The position numbers were made by a program, and so were the translations under genes. Positions 1 to 10,715 of a stretch of DNA of 64,000 bases are shown in pieces. Under the pieces are notes generated by a model. The model did not search any database. It was not told the DNA's origin and worked only from the letters and a program-made list of their open reading frames with translations. This DNA comes from Mycoplasmatales bacterium (GTDB lineage Bacteria; Bacillota_I; Bacilli_A; Mycoplasmatales; JABAAY01). The number at the start of each line of letters is the position of its first letter. Position 1 is the stretch's first letter. The stretch spans positions 1,692 to 65,691 of the forward strand of contig JABABL010000003.1 of assembly GCA_014238225.1 (NCBI GenBank). The letters run 5' to 3'.

Positions 1-1
1 A

Positions 2-853
2 TTAAACATTTTTTAACTCCTCTTTAAACAGTTCAGCTAGGGTTCTACCTACACCATCTTCATAGTTGTTATATGTCGTTGTGTACTTTGAAATTGCTTG
101 AATTTCATTTGGAGCATTTTTCATTGCAAAACTTTGGCCAGCATAAATTAACATTTCCTCGTCATTAAAAGAGTCACCAAAGGCAATAATATTATTCACA
201 GAAATATTCTTTTCTTTTGCTAAACGTTTAAGAGGTACCGACTTATCAACACCCATTGGTCCAAGCGATAAGCAAGTTACAGTTCTGTCTTTGTAAGGCA
301 AATCAGTTTGTCAGAAAAACTTAATCTTGTCTTTATATTTATTAATTAAATAATTATATTCATTGGAGCTAAATTCTCCATCGCTACGAAGTTTCACTGC
401 TACAATTTGAGCGATTTCAGAAGGGTTTTTTTGTGTAATGGCAACTTCATTTCCCCACATTTTTCAAACATCAACCATTCAACTTTTTCTATTAGAAAAA
501 TACTCTTTTCCACAATTTACAATATAGAAAAAATCCTTTTCTTTGAAAAAATCAATAACTTCGACAGCACACTTATCAAGTTTAACATCGTAAATTAAGT
601 CCATATTATTTCATAATTGAGCACCATTTGTTACGGCATAGTATACGTTTTTTTTCTCTATACCCAAACCATGTTTCTTTATCAATTCGTGTACTTCATA
701 CGATCCACGTCCGGTGTTTATAACCACATAGTGTCCTAATTTGACTAACTTTTTCAATATTGCAATTGACTCCTTTGTTATAACGTTATAAGAGGCAAAA
801 AGCGTCCCGTCTAAATCAATACTTACTATTTTTTTGTCTTTTGTTTTATTCAT
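2..853 (-). CDS. Cof-type HAD-IIB family sugar phosphatase (283 aa)
   Basis: Track ORFs 611..853 and 2..301 are in one frame. I read the 302-610 gap codon by codon and found only TGA (e.g. 311-313, 611-613), no TAA/TAG. HAD motif I DLDGTL is near the N-terminus and GDSFNDEEM near the C-terminus. TAA stop at 2-4. Confidence 0.8.
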
Positions 854-870
854 AATAGTTTTATTCTATT

Positions 871-2739
871 TTAAATTTTGGATTTTCTAAACAATTTTTT
901 AATTTCGTACATAAGTGTGAATACATCTGAAGGATTAATTCCCTGTATTCGCGACGCCTGGCCAATTGTTAAAGGTTGCACTTCGCAAAAACGTTTTTTT
1001 GTTTCACTTGAAAAGTTCAAAACAGATTGATAATTAAAGCCTTTAGGTATAGCCATGTTTTCTTTTTTTAGAAATTCCTTTATGTGTTTGTCTTGTTTAG
1101 CAAGATACCCTGCGTATTTTATTTCAGTGCTTACAATGAACGCCTCAGTAAAAGTCATTTTTATTTGTGTATGTTTCAAAACATCTTCTATGGTTATATC
1201 GTTTTTCTTCAACAATTGGTATGCTGACTCTTTGTTTTTTATTTTTATCGAAGGATGGGTTTTATTTCACTCAGAGGGGGAGATAAAAATATCCTTCAGT
1301 ATTTCTAAAGTTTGAGTTACTTTGTTGTATTTTTGAGCAACTTTTTGATACTGTTTCTCATTAATTGTCCCAACCTCAAAAGCATGTTTAAACAATCTTT
1401 TGTCTGCGTTGTCGTTTCTTAAAAGCAAACGATACTCCGCTGTAGATGTTAAAAGCCTGTACGGCTCGTTGGTGCCCTTAGTAGTCAAGTCGTCTATTAA
1501 AACCCCAATGTATGCTTCATTTCGTTTGAGAACCAACGGACTCTTTCCTTTTAGTTTTTGAGATGCGTTAATCCCTGCTATTAATCCCTGGGCTGCCGCT
1601 TCCTCATATCCACTAGTTCCGTTTACCTGTCCGGCACAAAAAAGATTAGAAATGATCTTAGTTTCTAACGACGAATTAAGTTGAGTAGGATAAATAGCAT
1701 CATACTCAATTGCGTACCCTCATTTAAGTGCTTTGGCTTTTTCTAATCCGGGAATTGTTTTCAGAATTTTTGCTTGAACATCATTCGGTAAAGATGTTGA
1801 CAATCCCTGTAAGTAAATAGAGTCCGTTTCCATAGATTCTCTTTCCAAGAATAATTGGTGAGTATCTCTTTCTGTAAACCTAACAATTTTATCTTCAATA
1901 CTAGGACAGTATCGCGGGCCTGTTGCAACAGTTGTTCCGTTATACATAGAACTTTTTGATAAGTTATCCAAGATAATTTGTTTTGTTTCTGGTGTGGTTC
2001 TTGTTATAAAACAATCAATATAGTCATTGCTTTCAATTGGTGAATCTTTTCAAAAACTGAATGATAATTTTTGCTTGCTTCCAGGAGCAACTTCCAAATT
2101 ACTGTACGATATTGTGCTATCTTCAATTCTTGGTGGAGTTCCAGTTTTTAAACGAATCAATTTAAAACCCAAAGCCTTTAATTGATTAGAAAGTCCCTTA
2201 AATGTTTTTTGGTTATCAGGTCCCTCAGAATTACGATCATCTCCCTTCATTGTTACTGATGCCATGTAAGTGCCTGTGGTAAGAATAACTATTGAACAAT
2301 TGTAGGTTTTTTTGGAAGTGGTAACTCCACATATTTTATTATTTTCGATAATTAGATTCATAATTGGTTTTTCAATTATCGTTAGTTGTTCTAGCTTACC
2401 TAGTATTTTTTGTGCTGTTTTGGGGTAAGAGATTTTATCTACTTGAGCACGTAAGCATTGGACACTGGCACCTTTGCTGGTATTCAACATTTTCATCTGT
2501 AAAACATTCTTATCAGCCATCGAACCCATTATTCCACCTAATGCATCAATTTCACGAACAACTATTCCCTTAGCTGTCCCACCGATAGCGGTGTTACAAG
2601 GCATGTGTCCGATTTTGTCTTTTGAGAGTGTGAAGAGAGCAGTTTCTAATGAAAGCTTAGCACAAATATTTGCAGCTTCAATTCCTGCATGCCCTCCACC
2701 TATCACAATGACATCAAAAAAACTTGTCGAGGCATTCAT
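871..2739 (-). CDS. mnmG: tRNA uridine 5-carboxymethylaminomethyl modification enzyme MnmG/GidA (622 aa)
   Basis: Four track ORFs (2050..2739, 1720..1971, 1267..1536, 871..1215) share one frame. The gaps were checked and contain only TGA. N-terminal FAD fold [14 protein letters not shown]; length typical of MnmG. Confidence 0.95.
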
Positions 2740-2877
2740 AGAGTAGAATTATTATATACTCACTAGTTCAAATATCTAAAAATTTATCAAAAACCTAACA
2801 ATAATCTTCACAACGATAGGAACCATATTTATTTTTATGTATCAAAACAGGAGTATAATATAAGCAGAGAAGATACT

Positions 2878-4854
2878 ATGCGAAAAAATACAAGGAAAAA
2901 AGTAAGGAACATAGCCATTATAGGTGCCGCGTTAGGATTAACGGCAGGGGGATCTGCTGGAATAGGTGTGGCTGTAGGACAACATGCTATTGGAGCACCC
3001 CAATCTGTACAAAATAATGTTGCACCACCTCCTATTGATTTACCACCAACACCAACACCAACAGCGCCAGATGCTGGGGAAACAGCTACTGTTCAAGCTA
3101 TTTATAATGAAGTTGTAGCAACTTACTTTAATACTATTCCTTTAGTTCTTGATGGTGGAGACATCGGAACAAGTTCTTTTACTAATCTAGATTTATCTAA
3201 CCCAATAAGAGCAAGTGAAGAAATCCCACTGCAAATTGATGCTCTACCTTTAGAACTCGAAAGTCAAGAAAATTTTTTATTACTATTATTTGAATCACTA
3301 GATGATCCTGTTTATAATGCTTTTTTCAATACTGGAACCGTTAGCGACGTATCCTTTAATGGCGTTCGACTAAGAATTTCAAATAGCGATATAGATGATC
3401 AATTACTTGGGACATACGACACAGAAATCACAATAGACGGCTTATCTTTGAATTTTAATCCATTTGGAAATCCTAATGACCCTGCTGTGGCAGCATTCAC
3501 ACAAAGACTGGAATACGGAAGACAATTAGGCGGAAGTACAGATGTTCCAATACTTGGTTCTATTTTAATTGACGACATATTGGTTGATGATGATGAAGGT
3601 GTTAATCTTGAAGATGTTGAGTTAATAGGTGATGAATTGTTACGTAGTTCAATACCACCCGGAACAGAAGCCTTATTAGAAATATTTAGAGTTCAATATT
3701 TTAATGTATCTCTTATTCCCCCATATGAAGAGGGTGACTTTAGAAATGAGTTAATAGATTCTTTCATTTTCCCTAATTTTTTGTCACTATTAGATCAATT
3801 AGGACTCTTTGTTCAAAACTTAGAAGATTTTGATGTTGCTAAAATAACAGGGGCTCAATTGACATACTATAATTCAGATAACATTGTGTACATTGATCCA
3901 AATAATTCCAACTCCCTACAAATCACTTTGCAAGTAGAAAGAATAGTTTTTGAATATGATGGAACATATCACCAATTTAGTTTTATTGAAAATGATTACA
4001 GATCGTTTGTAATTTTTAATTTAATAACTTCTGAAGGCGGCGGAGGATACGATGTTGATGCATACGGTAGTCTGTCACTTGATTTTAATGATTCAGTTAT
4101 TCTTGATGTTCCTGGTGATGGCGAGGAACCAGGCGATGGAAATGGCGAAGAACCAGGAGATGGGAACGGTGAAGAACCAGGCGATGGAAATGGCGAAGAA
4201 CCAGGAGATGGGAATGGTGAAGAACCAGGCGATGGAAATGGTGAAGAACCAGGCGATGGAAATGGTGAAGAACCGGGCGATGGAAATGGTGAGGAACCAG
4301 GTGATGGGAATGGTGAAGAACCAGGCGATGGAACTACTCCCGGATGACAAGGAGATACACCTCAGGCCGTTGTTGATAGAGAAGAGACACATGAATTGTT
4401 TGAAGAATTTTATGCATCTTTGAATAACTCGATTTATTCGCTTAATAGAATTACAAACAGCTCATATTCTCCAACCACACGAACTGAACAAACTTACTGA
4501 CAATTATTAAAAACAGCTTTTGAAGATGAAGTAGGCCCTATTGATGATATTCCGGCTTGAGAATTTATTTACAATATATACGAAATAAAAATTTCTAGTC
4601 ATGATGGGGAAACGGTTTATAAAAATGGTGCTGGCAAAAATGAAGGGGATGTTGAACATATTGCTTCAGGAGTATTAACTTTTAAAATCGACCTAAAAAT
4701 AACAATGGACAATACTGAAATCAAATATTTTACATGGGACATTCACGACATACTATTTACTTCTGGGGGAACAGGCTTAGGAAATCTAGACTATAACATT
4801 GCGCATAACACCAAAACACACTTTAAAAAACTAAAAAACGGCCCTAAAATTTAA
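2878..4854 (+). CDS. Membrane-anchored surface protein, paralog of the lipoprotein family but without a lipobox Cys; carries a (GEEPGDGN)9 repeat (658 aa)
   Basis: ORF 2878..4347 continues in frame through TGA (4345, 4498, 4558) to TAA at 4852-4854. N-terminus is MRKNTRKKVRNIAIIGAALGLTAGGSAGIGVAVGQHAIGAP: positive n-region plus hydrophobic core, with no Cys. The C-terminal part has family-type motifs (FYASLNNSIYSLNRITNSSY). Confidence 0.75.
4120..4335 (+). repeat. Nine head-to-tail 24-bp units (consensus ggYgaRgaaccRggNgatggRaaY) encoding GEEPGDGN x9
   Basis: Read directly: units begin at 4120, 4144, 4168, 4192, 4216, 4240, 4264, 4288 and 4312. They differ only at synonymous or near-synonymous positions and are in frame with the 2878..4854 CDS. 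Confidence 0.95.
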
Positions 4855-4930
4855 AATTACAAAAAGTAAATATTGATTAAAACATAATAATTTGTTTTTT
4901 TAAATATAATTAAATATAAAGGGACAAAAT

Positions 4931-7325
4931 ATGAGTAAAAACAAAAAAGCAATTTTTAACACTATTACAGCATCAACTTTGATCGCAGGAGCGGGGATAG
5001 CAGCTATTGCACAGGCTTGTGCACCCGATAGTCCTGTCACGCCTAATTTACAAAATTCAATTCGTGTTTTTGAAGAACTCAATGGTTATACACAAGGAAC
5101 ATCGCTATCTACGGAAGCTACTCATTTTTTTACAACCTTGCAAGCGGGAATTAGAACTGCGGATACACCTAGTCAACCCAGCAATGCAAATATCGTGAAC
5201 ATTCAAATCAATACATCTATTAGTAATGCGATATCGGCGGACAGTACAGGAGAATTTTTGTCAATTGCGGCAAATGTTTTAACAATTGGTGTTGCAGGTC
5301 AACAAAACCCAGGGGGAGATTCTAGATTTACCAATAACAGAGCAGTACAAATTTCTGGAATTAGATATCGTGATTCTGAAATTATTGATGGTGGTTCTAT
5401 ATTGTCTCCATCAACCTCGTTCCAATCAGTTTCTAACACCACACTTATTAATAATGCTGTTGCTTTGTTAGCTTCTTCAACCTCTAGTCCCTGATGAACC
5501 AAATGCAGCGGCACTCTGAAATGCTCTTCAGGCTTCAGTCATCCAAATTGGGAGCACTAACTCTTCTGTCATAATAAACGATGTAACAATCAACATGGGA
5601 ACAGGAAGTTCAAATGTAATTGTAACAAGCAACTCTTTAACGATTACTCGCGGAGATATTTCCATTGCAGCTAGTGGGGATGCTGGAGTAAATTTCAATT
5701 CGTTATTTAATAATGATTTGGACATGAATGGTTTGGTAATCAGTAATATTCAAGTAATCGCCGGAGAGATTCAGTCCTTGGGGGCCGGTAATGTGACCGG
5801 GTTAAATGGTGTTAGTAATCGCACAATCATTGATAATAACATTCAAAACCTTTACAATGCAAACACTGCGCCACAAGGAGGGCTTGTTCTTTACAATTTA
5901 TTTCAATCAGCAATACAAACCATTCAAGGAAACGAAACAGCTTCGATTACAAGATTTACTATTGCTGATTTAAATTGAATACAAAGTGATGCAGTTTTAA
6001 ATGGAGATAGCACTTCGAATATTTCAATTGCTGCAACAACTTTTACTGGTGAACCAGTCATCAGAATAGAGGCTAGCGGCGGAACTCAAACAATGTTTGA
6101 AAGCAGAAGAAGCATTCTTATACAAAACGTCATTGTCAATAACGGTACTATTGTAAGTGCTGATCCAATTGCCACTGATTCTTTTTATGCAACCACTTCT
6201 TTTGTAGGTGCAATTACGCGAGAGATTCAGGAGATGACGAACACAGACATACCTTTAAACAACACACTTTCTAATGCAATTGTTACAGCTATACAAGCTG
6301 TTCCAAGGCTTGCACCTTCGTCGGCAATTGAATTAACTTTTGTATCAATTAGGGATTTTACCGATGATGTGACCATTACTGAAACAATTACAGAAGACGT
6401 TTATGATATTTCTTTTGCTCAAGATTCTATTACATTTAATTTTCTATCTACAGATAACACTGCTTCTAATTCAACAATTACTAATAGCTTAGGTGTATTC
6501 ACCATTGGAAATATAAGTGTGGATTCTACAGATCCTTCAAATCTTATTGTGCAAGTTCCTTCCATTGAGCTAAATGACTTACTTCCCTTAGATCCTTCAT
6601 CACTAGACGGAGAAGCATTACTACTGAATACAGCTATTGACTTATTAACCAATGGAGGAATATCCTCTAGCACTAATCAAAGTGTTTTACTGAATGCAAT
6701 AACTACAGAGATACAAACCCAAGCAGGAGATAACTCGGTTATTAACAGTATAGAATACCTTGGTACGAATTCAAGTTCTAGTGTCGCTGCAAATCCATCA
6801 GGAGGTAATTTTAATCTTATCTTTGGTGCAGGTAGTTTGCTAATTGATGTTACTACAGAAGCTGGTGATAGCGTTTTTTGATCGAATACGGGAAACTTCA
6901 CTTTATCTCAAATCACAGTAGTAGATCAAGTGTTTAGTGGAACGATAACAACATCATCAAATTTAGAACCATACAACAATGTTGTTTCAGCCACTTATAG
7001 AGCATTTTCAGAAATAACTTCATATACTGCAAGTCAGCCGCCAGTGGGAATATCAGACTTAGCCACTGCTCTTTTAGCACGAATAGAGGCTGCTTTAGAT
7101 AATGGAGTTACTTTGAATAATTTTTCGCTTACAACACCTTTGCTAGCAACACTTGACAACAGTGCTGGAACAAGTGTACAAATTTCACAAGAAAGTGCTG
7201 TGCGCATAGCTATTGTTACTTCTACCCCAGCAGGAACAATTTATGGGCAAATTTATGGAGAAATAGTAAATCCAGTAGATGGAACCATCCCAGACTTAAG
7301 CGGATTAGTGCTGGACTTTTCATAA
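4931..7325 (+). pseudogene. Modular surface lipoprotein (family member) whose reading frame is broken by a +1 shift near 5489-5494. Could be a pseudogene, an off-phase variant or a sequencing error.
   Basis: N-terminus MSKNKKAIFNTITASTLIAGAGIAAIAQAC-APDS has a lipobox. This frame runs 4931..5560 and ends WWTKCSG...EH*. The next frame is open from 5472 to TAA 7323-7325 through TGA codons at 5517, 5976 and 6879. That frame encodes a family mid-module motif (AALWNALQASVIQIGSTNSS) upstream of its first ATG (5595), with no start codon or signal peptide of its own. Confidence 0.55.
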
Positions 7326-8143
7326 AGTCAGCATCGCTTTGTCTTTACAGTCACTAAATTAAATCTGACAAAAAAAACAATTGAATAAATTCTAATAAGC
7401 AAAACATATACAATAAAAGTGCCCGTGGGTATGTTATATTCATTTATGACATTGAGCCGCCACGGGCATTACACTATTCCAGTTAAGTGCACCCACTAGA
7501 TATTTAAGATAACCAATTAAAAATAGAAAAACAAATACTTAAATAAAACATATGAAAATTTTTGTAAGCGCAAAAAGGACTTGGAAAGTAAGACTAGTTT
7601 TATGATCTAGGTGGTCACATGTAGCTGGGATAGTATAACAGTTGCTGGGTAGTTCAATAGTGGTTGTTGTAAGGTTAGCGAACACACAAACAATTCCCTT
7701 CTTGGTGAGGCCTTTCTTTGTTCTCTTAACATTTTTCTCTGAGTAAATAAGTTTTGCAACGTAGATAACGATGTAATGACAGTACGATGAAAAGTGAACA
7801 AATAAAAAAGTATCGATTTCTCTATCGGGTGTCGCGATAAGGAAAACAGCAATAACGAGCGCAGTACAAACTTCAATTGTTGTTGGTTCAGAAATTAACA
7901 AACACGACATAAGAAACACCGGAATGAACGAAGAAGAACAAAAAAATCCAAATGTCCTTGATTAATTTACTAAGATATATTTTTTAGTTTATAAAAGTCA
8001 TTTTAACTTTTGCTACAACTAGAAACACATACTTCAATTCATTTTCCGTGGTTTCGTAATTCACTTTTTAAACAACTTCATTTTAGAATTTAAAAAAGGC
8101 AATAAATCTTTCGCTGTCACAAAAAGAAAGCCTTTTTTAAACT

Positions 8144-8152
8144 TGATATAAT
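8144..8152 (+). promoter_or_regulatory. Putative extended -10 element (TGaTATAAT) for the PTS EIIC gene
   Basis: tgatataat lies 20 nt upstream of the ATG at 8172. No experimental support; sigma-70-like consensus only. Confidence 0.35.
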
Positions 8153-8171
8153 TAAGAAGCCAGTACTTATT

Positions 8172-10715
8172 ATGAACAATACCGTAACCAAAACATCTTC
8201 ACCTAAAAAGAAACAAAATAAAAAAGCACTTTTTACCAGTTCCATTAGTGAAGAAAAACAATCCTTAAAAATTTTTCTTAAATCAGGCCACGTTAGACTT
8301 TACTTCAAAACATTGATTTCTCTAATTAAGGCTAAAGAGATTAAGAATAATAAGACAGAAAAAGAGCAAAAACACAGTTTAATGAATAGTTTTTTGGATT
8401 ATTTTAATAACGACTATAAACAACAAGCGACAACAATAAAAGACAATAATCAACAAGTTAAATTTAACGAACAAAAATTTAACAACTGAATCTCCAATCA
8501 CCGTAATAAAATCCAAACAGAAAAGGCTAAATACAAAAAAACACTTATCGAAAACCACGAGAAAGTCAGTCTTCTTAGCTCATCTCTTCCATTGGGACTT
8601 CCTAAGGTTTCACATTTAAATCACGAGAAAAATAAAGAACTATCAAAAAAAATACACTCCACTTTTGCAAAAAAACATGCATTAGAACTTAAAAAACTAA
8701 GCAAAGGGATTACAGCAGATAAACCTAAAAAGCGAAAATTAGAATTTAAAAAGTTAAAGCAGGAGCAAAAATCAGAAATAAACAAGTTTACTTCTGATTT
8801 TTACATCAAATGCAACGTACTGAAACCGGTATATCTGAAGTTTGCAAAAACAAGAGAATTACTAAAAACAAAAATTTCGAAAATTAACTTTCAAATTATT
8901 CGTTGGGAAAACCTTGAAACCATTAAAAGTGAAAGAAAATCTTACCTAGTTAAAAGTAAAAAACTTTTTAAAACTGTAAAAGAAGACAATCATAAAATTG
9001 AAAATAAGATAAATTCAAAGCTTAAGGAAGTAAAATCTCAACAGGTTAAGTTTAAAGGCAGTTTATCAAAAGTTGCAAAATTAGAAATCAAAAAATTCAA
9101 GTATTTAAGTTCTAGTCTTGTCAGACAAACTTCAAAGTCAAATTTCCAACAAAAATCTGATCCTTTCATTAAGTTTATTACGAAAGCAACTGGAGTATTT
9201 GAACGCAATAGGTATCTTGATACTCTTAAAAATGCATTTGGTAGCCTTATTCCAATAATTATAATTGGTGCTTTGGGAGTTCTTTTTTCAGCGGCAATTT
9301 TTGGTGCTTCAGGAAATGCACAGGCCTCTTTAATGGGAGTAATCTTGCCGAACCAGGTTGATTTTTCTGGCCTGAATCCTGGAAGCACTTACATAGTGGG
9401 AAGCACTGCAGCTACCATTGCAGCATATGCACAAATAATTCTTGTTCCTCTAAACTTTGTCACCCTTGGTTCATTGTCGCTTTACACAGCGTTTCTTTTT
9501 GGATTTTTTCTTGCTAAAAAATCTAACTACAGAACACCATTCTTTGCTGGGCTCTTTTCAATGATGGCCTTTTTGATATCTACAATATCTTTTGCACCAT
9601 TTACTACTCTAATTTTTAACGGAGTTTCTACTAGCGGAACCTCCATTGATTTTCAAGTTGTTTATTTTGGGGCACAAGGACTATTGTCTGCAATAATTGT
9701 TGCTTTAGTTACAACAGAACTATTTTTAATTTTCGATAAAAGCAAAACTCTAAAAATCAAAATGCCTAAAAGTGTTCCACAAGGAATATCAGATAGTTTT
9801 AATTCGCTGATACCTGGAGTTCTTTCTATAGTTTGCTTATCTGCTTTAAATTCAGGGTTTGTTTTATGGGCCACATTTGGGAACGTTAACACTCTTAGAT
9901 TTGAAACAGGTGACCCCAATCCAATAGTTACCATTGATAGATTTTCTCAAGGTTTTGCAACAATGGTTGCCACATTTGTAAATGACCCTTTAATTGCCTT
10001 TGCATCATCGGAAGCCGGTAATATACCTATTGCCTACTTTTATATTTTCACACTATCTCTAATATGATTTTTAGGCCTGCACGGAGCAGCCATTACCCAA
10101 GGAGCATTTTTACCCATTCTTCTGCAAATCCAACAGAACAACTTAACTATTTTCAATGAACGAGGGGCTGTCGGACTGGCAGCAGATGGTGCCATTTTTA
10201 GTTTGCCAACATTCGATGCATACTTATTTTTTGGAGGATGAGGAACGGGGCTCGCTTTCGGAGTGATTACCCTGCTTTTTGGAAAAAACAAAATCCATCG
10301 GAAGATAACCAGCATTGCAGCTCCTGGATTAATATTCAATATTAATGAACCTATTTTGTATGGAATACCTTTTGTTCTAAATTTTCCTATTTTTATTTCC
10401 ATATTAATTTTGCATGCCACACAAATGGGAATGGTAATACTATTTACCGAAGGACTTGGACTTGTTTTACCTTCTTTTAATTTTATTCCCTGGACTAGTC
10501 CAATAATATTTGGTTCCCTCCTCTCAGTGGCCTTTCAACCCGCTACTGTGGCCGCGGGACTAGGACCATTATTCGTTGTGATTCTCCCTTTAATAAACCT
10601 AGCACTAGCGGTAGTTGTATATATTCCGATTACAGTTGTATACAATAAGAGATATATTAAACAAGAAAAACTTAAAATCAGTGCAGGAACAAGACTGCAA
10701 GAAAGCACAGCATAA
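8172..10715 (+). CDS. PTS EIIC component, lactose/cellobiose/chitobiose family, with ~330-aa Lys-rich N-terminal extension (847 aa)
   Basis: ORFs 8172..8489, 8592..10067 and 10263..10715 are in one frame, and the gaps I read have only TGA. The EIIC core starts near 9165 (FIKFITKATGVFERNRYLDTLKNAFGSLIPIIIIGALG). Family signature IFNINEPILYGIPFVLNFP is present. Confidence 0.85.

Noticed and set aside
4120-4335. Regularly spaced 24-bp repeats as a possible CRISPR array
   Set aside because: The units are directly contiguous with no spacers and in frame within a CDS. No cas genes or leader are present.
4052-4423. Track ORFs 4052..4423(+) and 4093..4392(-), each with striking internal periodicity
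   Set aside because: They are the two alternative frames of the 24-bp tandem repeat inside the 2878..4854 CDS. The periodicity is inherited from the repeat. They have no independent start context or flanking coding signal.
4855-4930. Homopolymer or dinucleotide phase-variation tracts in lipoprotein promoters (e.g. T7 at 4895-4901). I also inspected the regions upstream of 27630, 31758, 40668, 52835 and 55772.
   Set aside because: Only short runs (7 nt or less) are present. None lies convincingly between -35 and -10 elements. No site-specific recombinase or inverted repeats are nearby, so there is no sequence support for a promoter-based switch.
7539-7919. Minus-strand ORFs 7539..7919 (126 aa) and 7607..7876 (89 aa) as genes
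   Set aside because: The two long frames overlap each other completely. Their compositions (many Cys/His, no clear domain) are unlike the other proteins here. I treat the region as non-coding or a remnant rather than calling a CDS.
7326-8171. RNase P RNA, tmRNA, SRP RNA or a tRNA in the large spacer
   Set aside because: A short resemblance to the B. subtilis RNase P 3' region (cagtacgatgaaaag...gaacaaa) and a D-arm-like tagttcaatag were noticed. However, the universal GAGGAAAGUCC box, the tmRNA GGUUCGAUUCC...CCA end and a tRNA T-arm are all absent on both strands.
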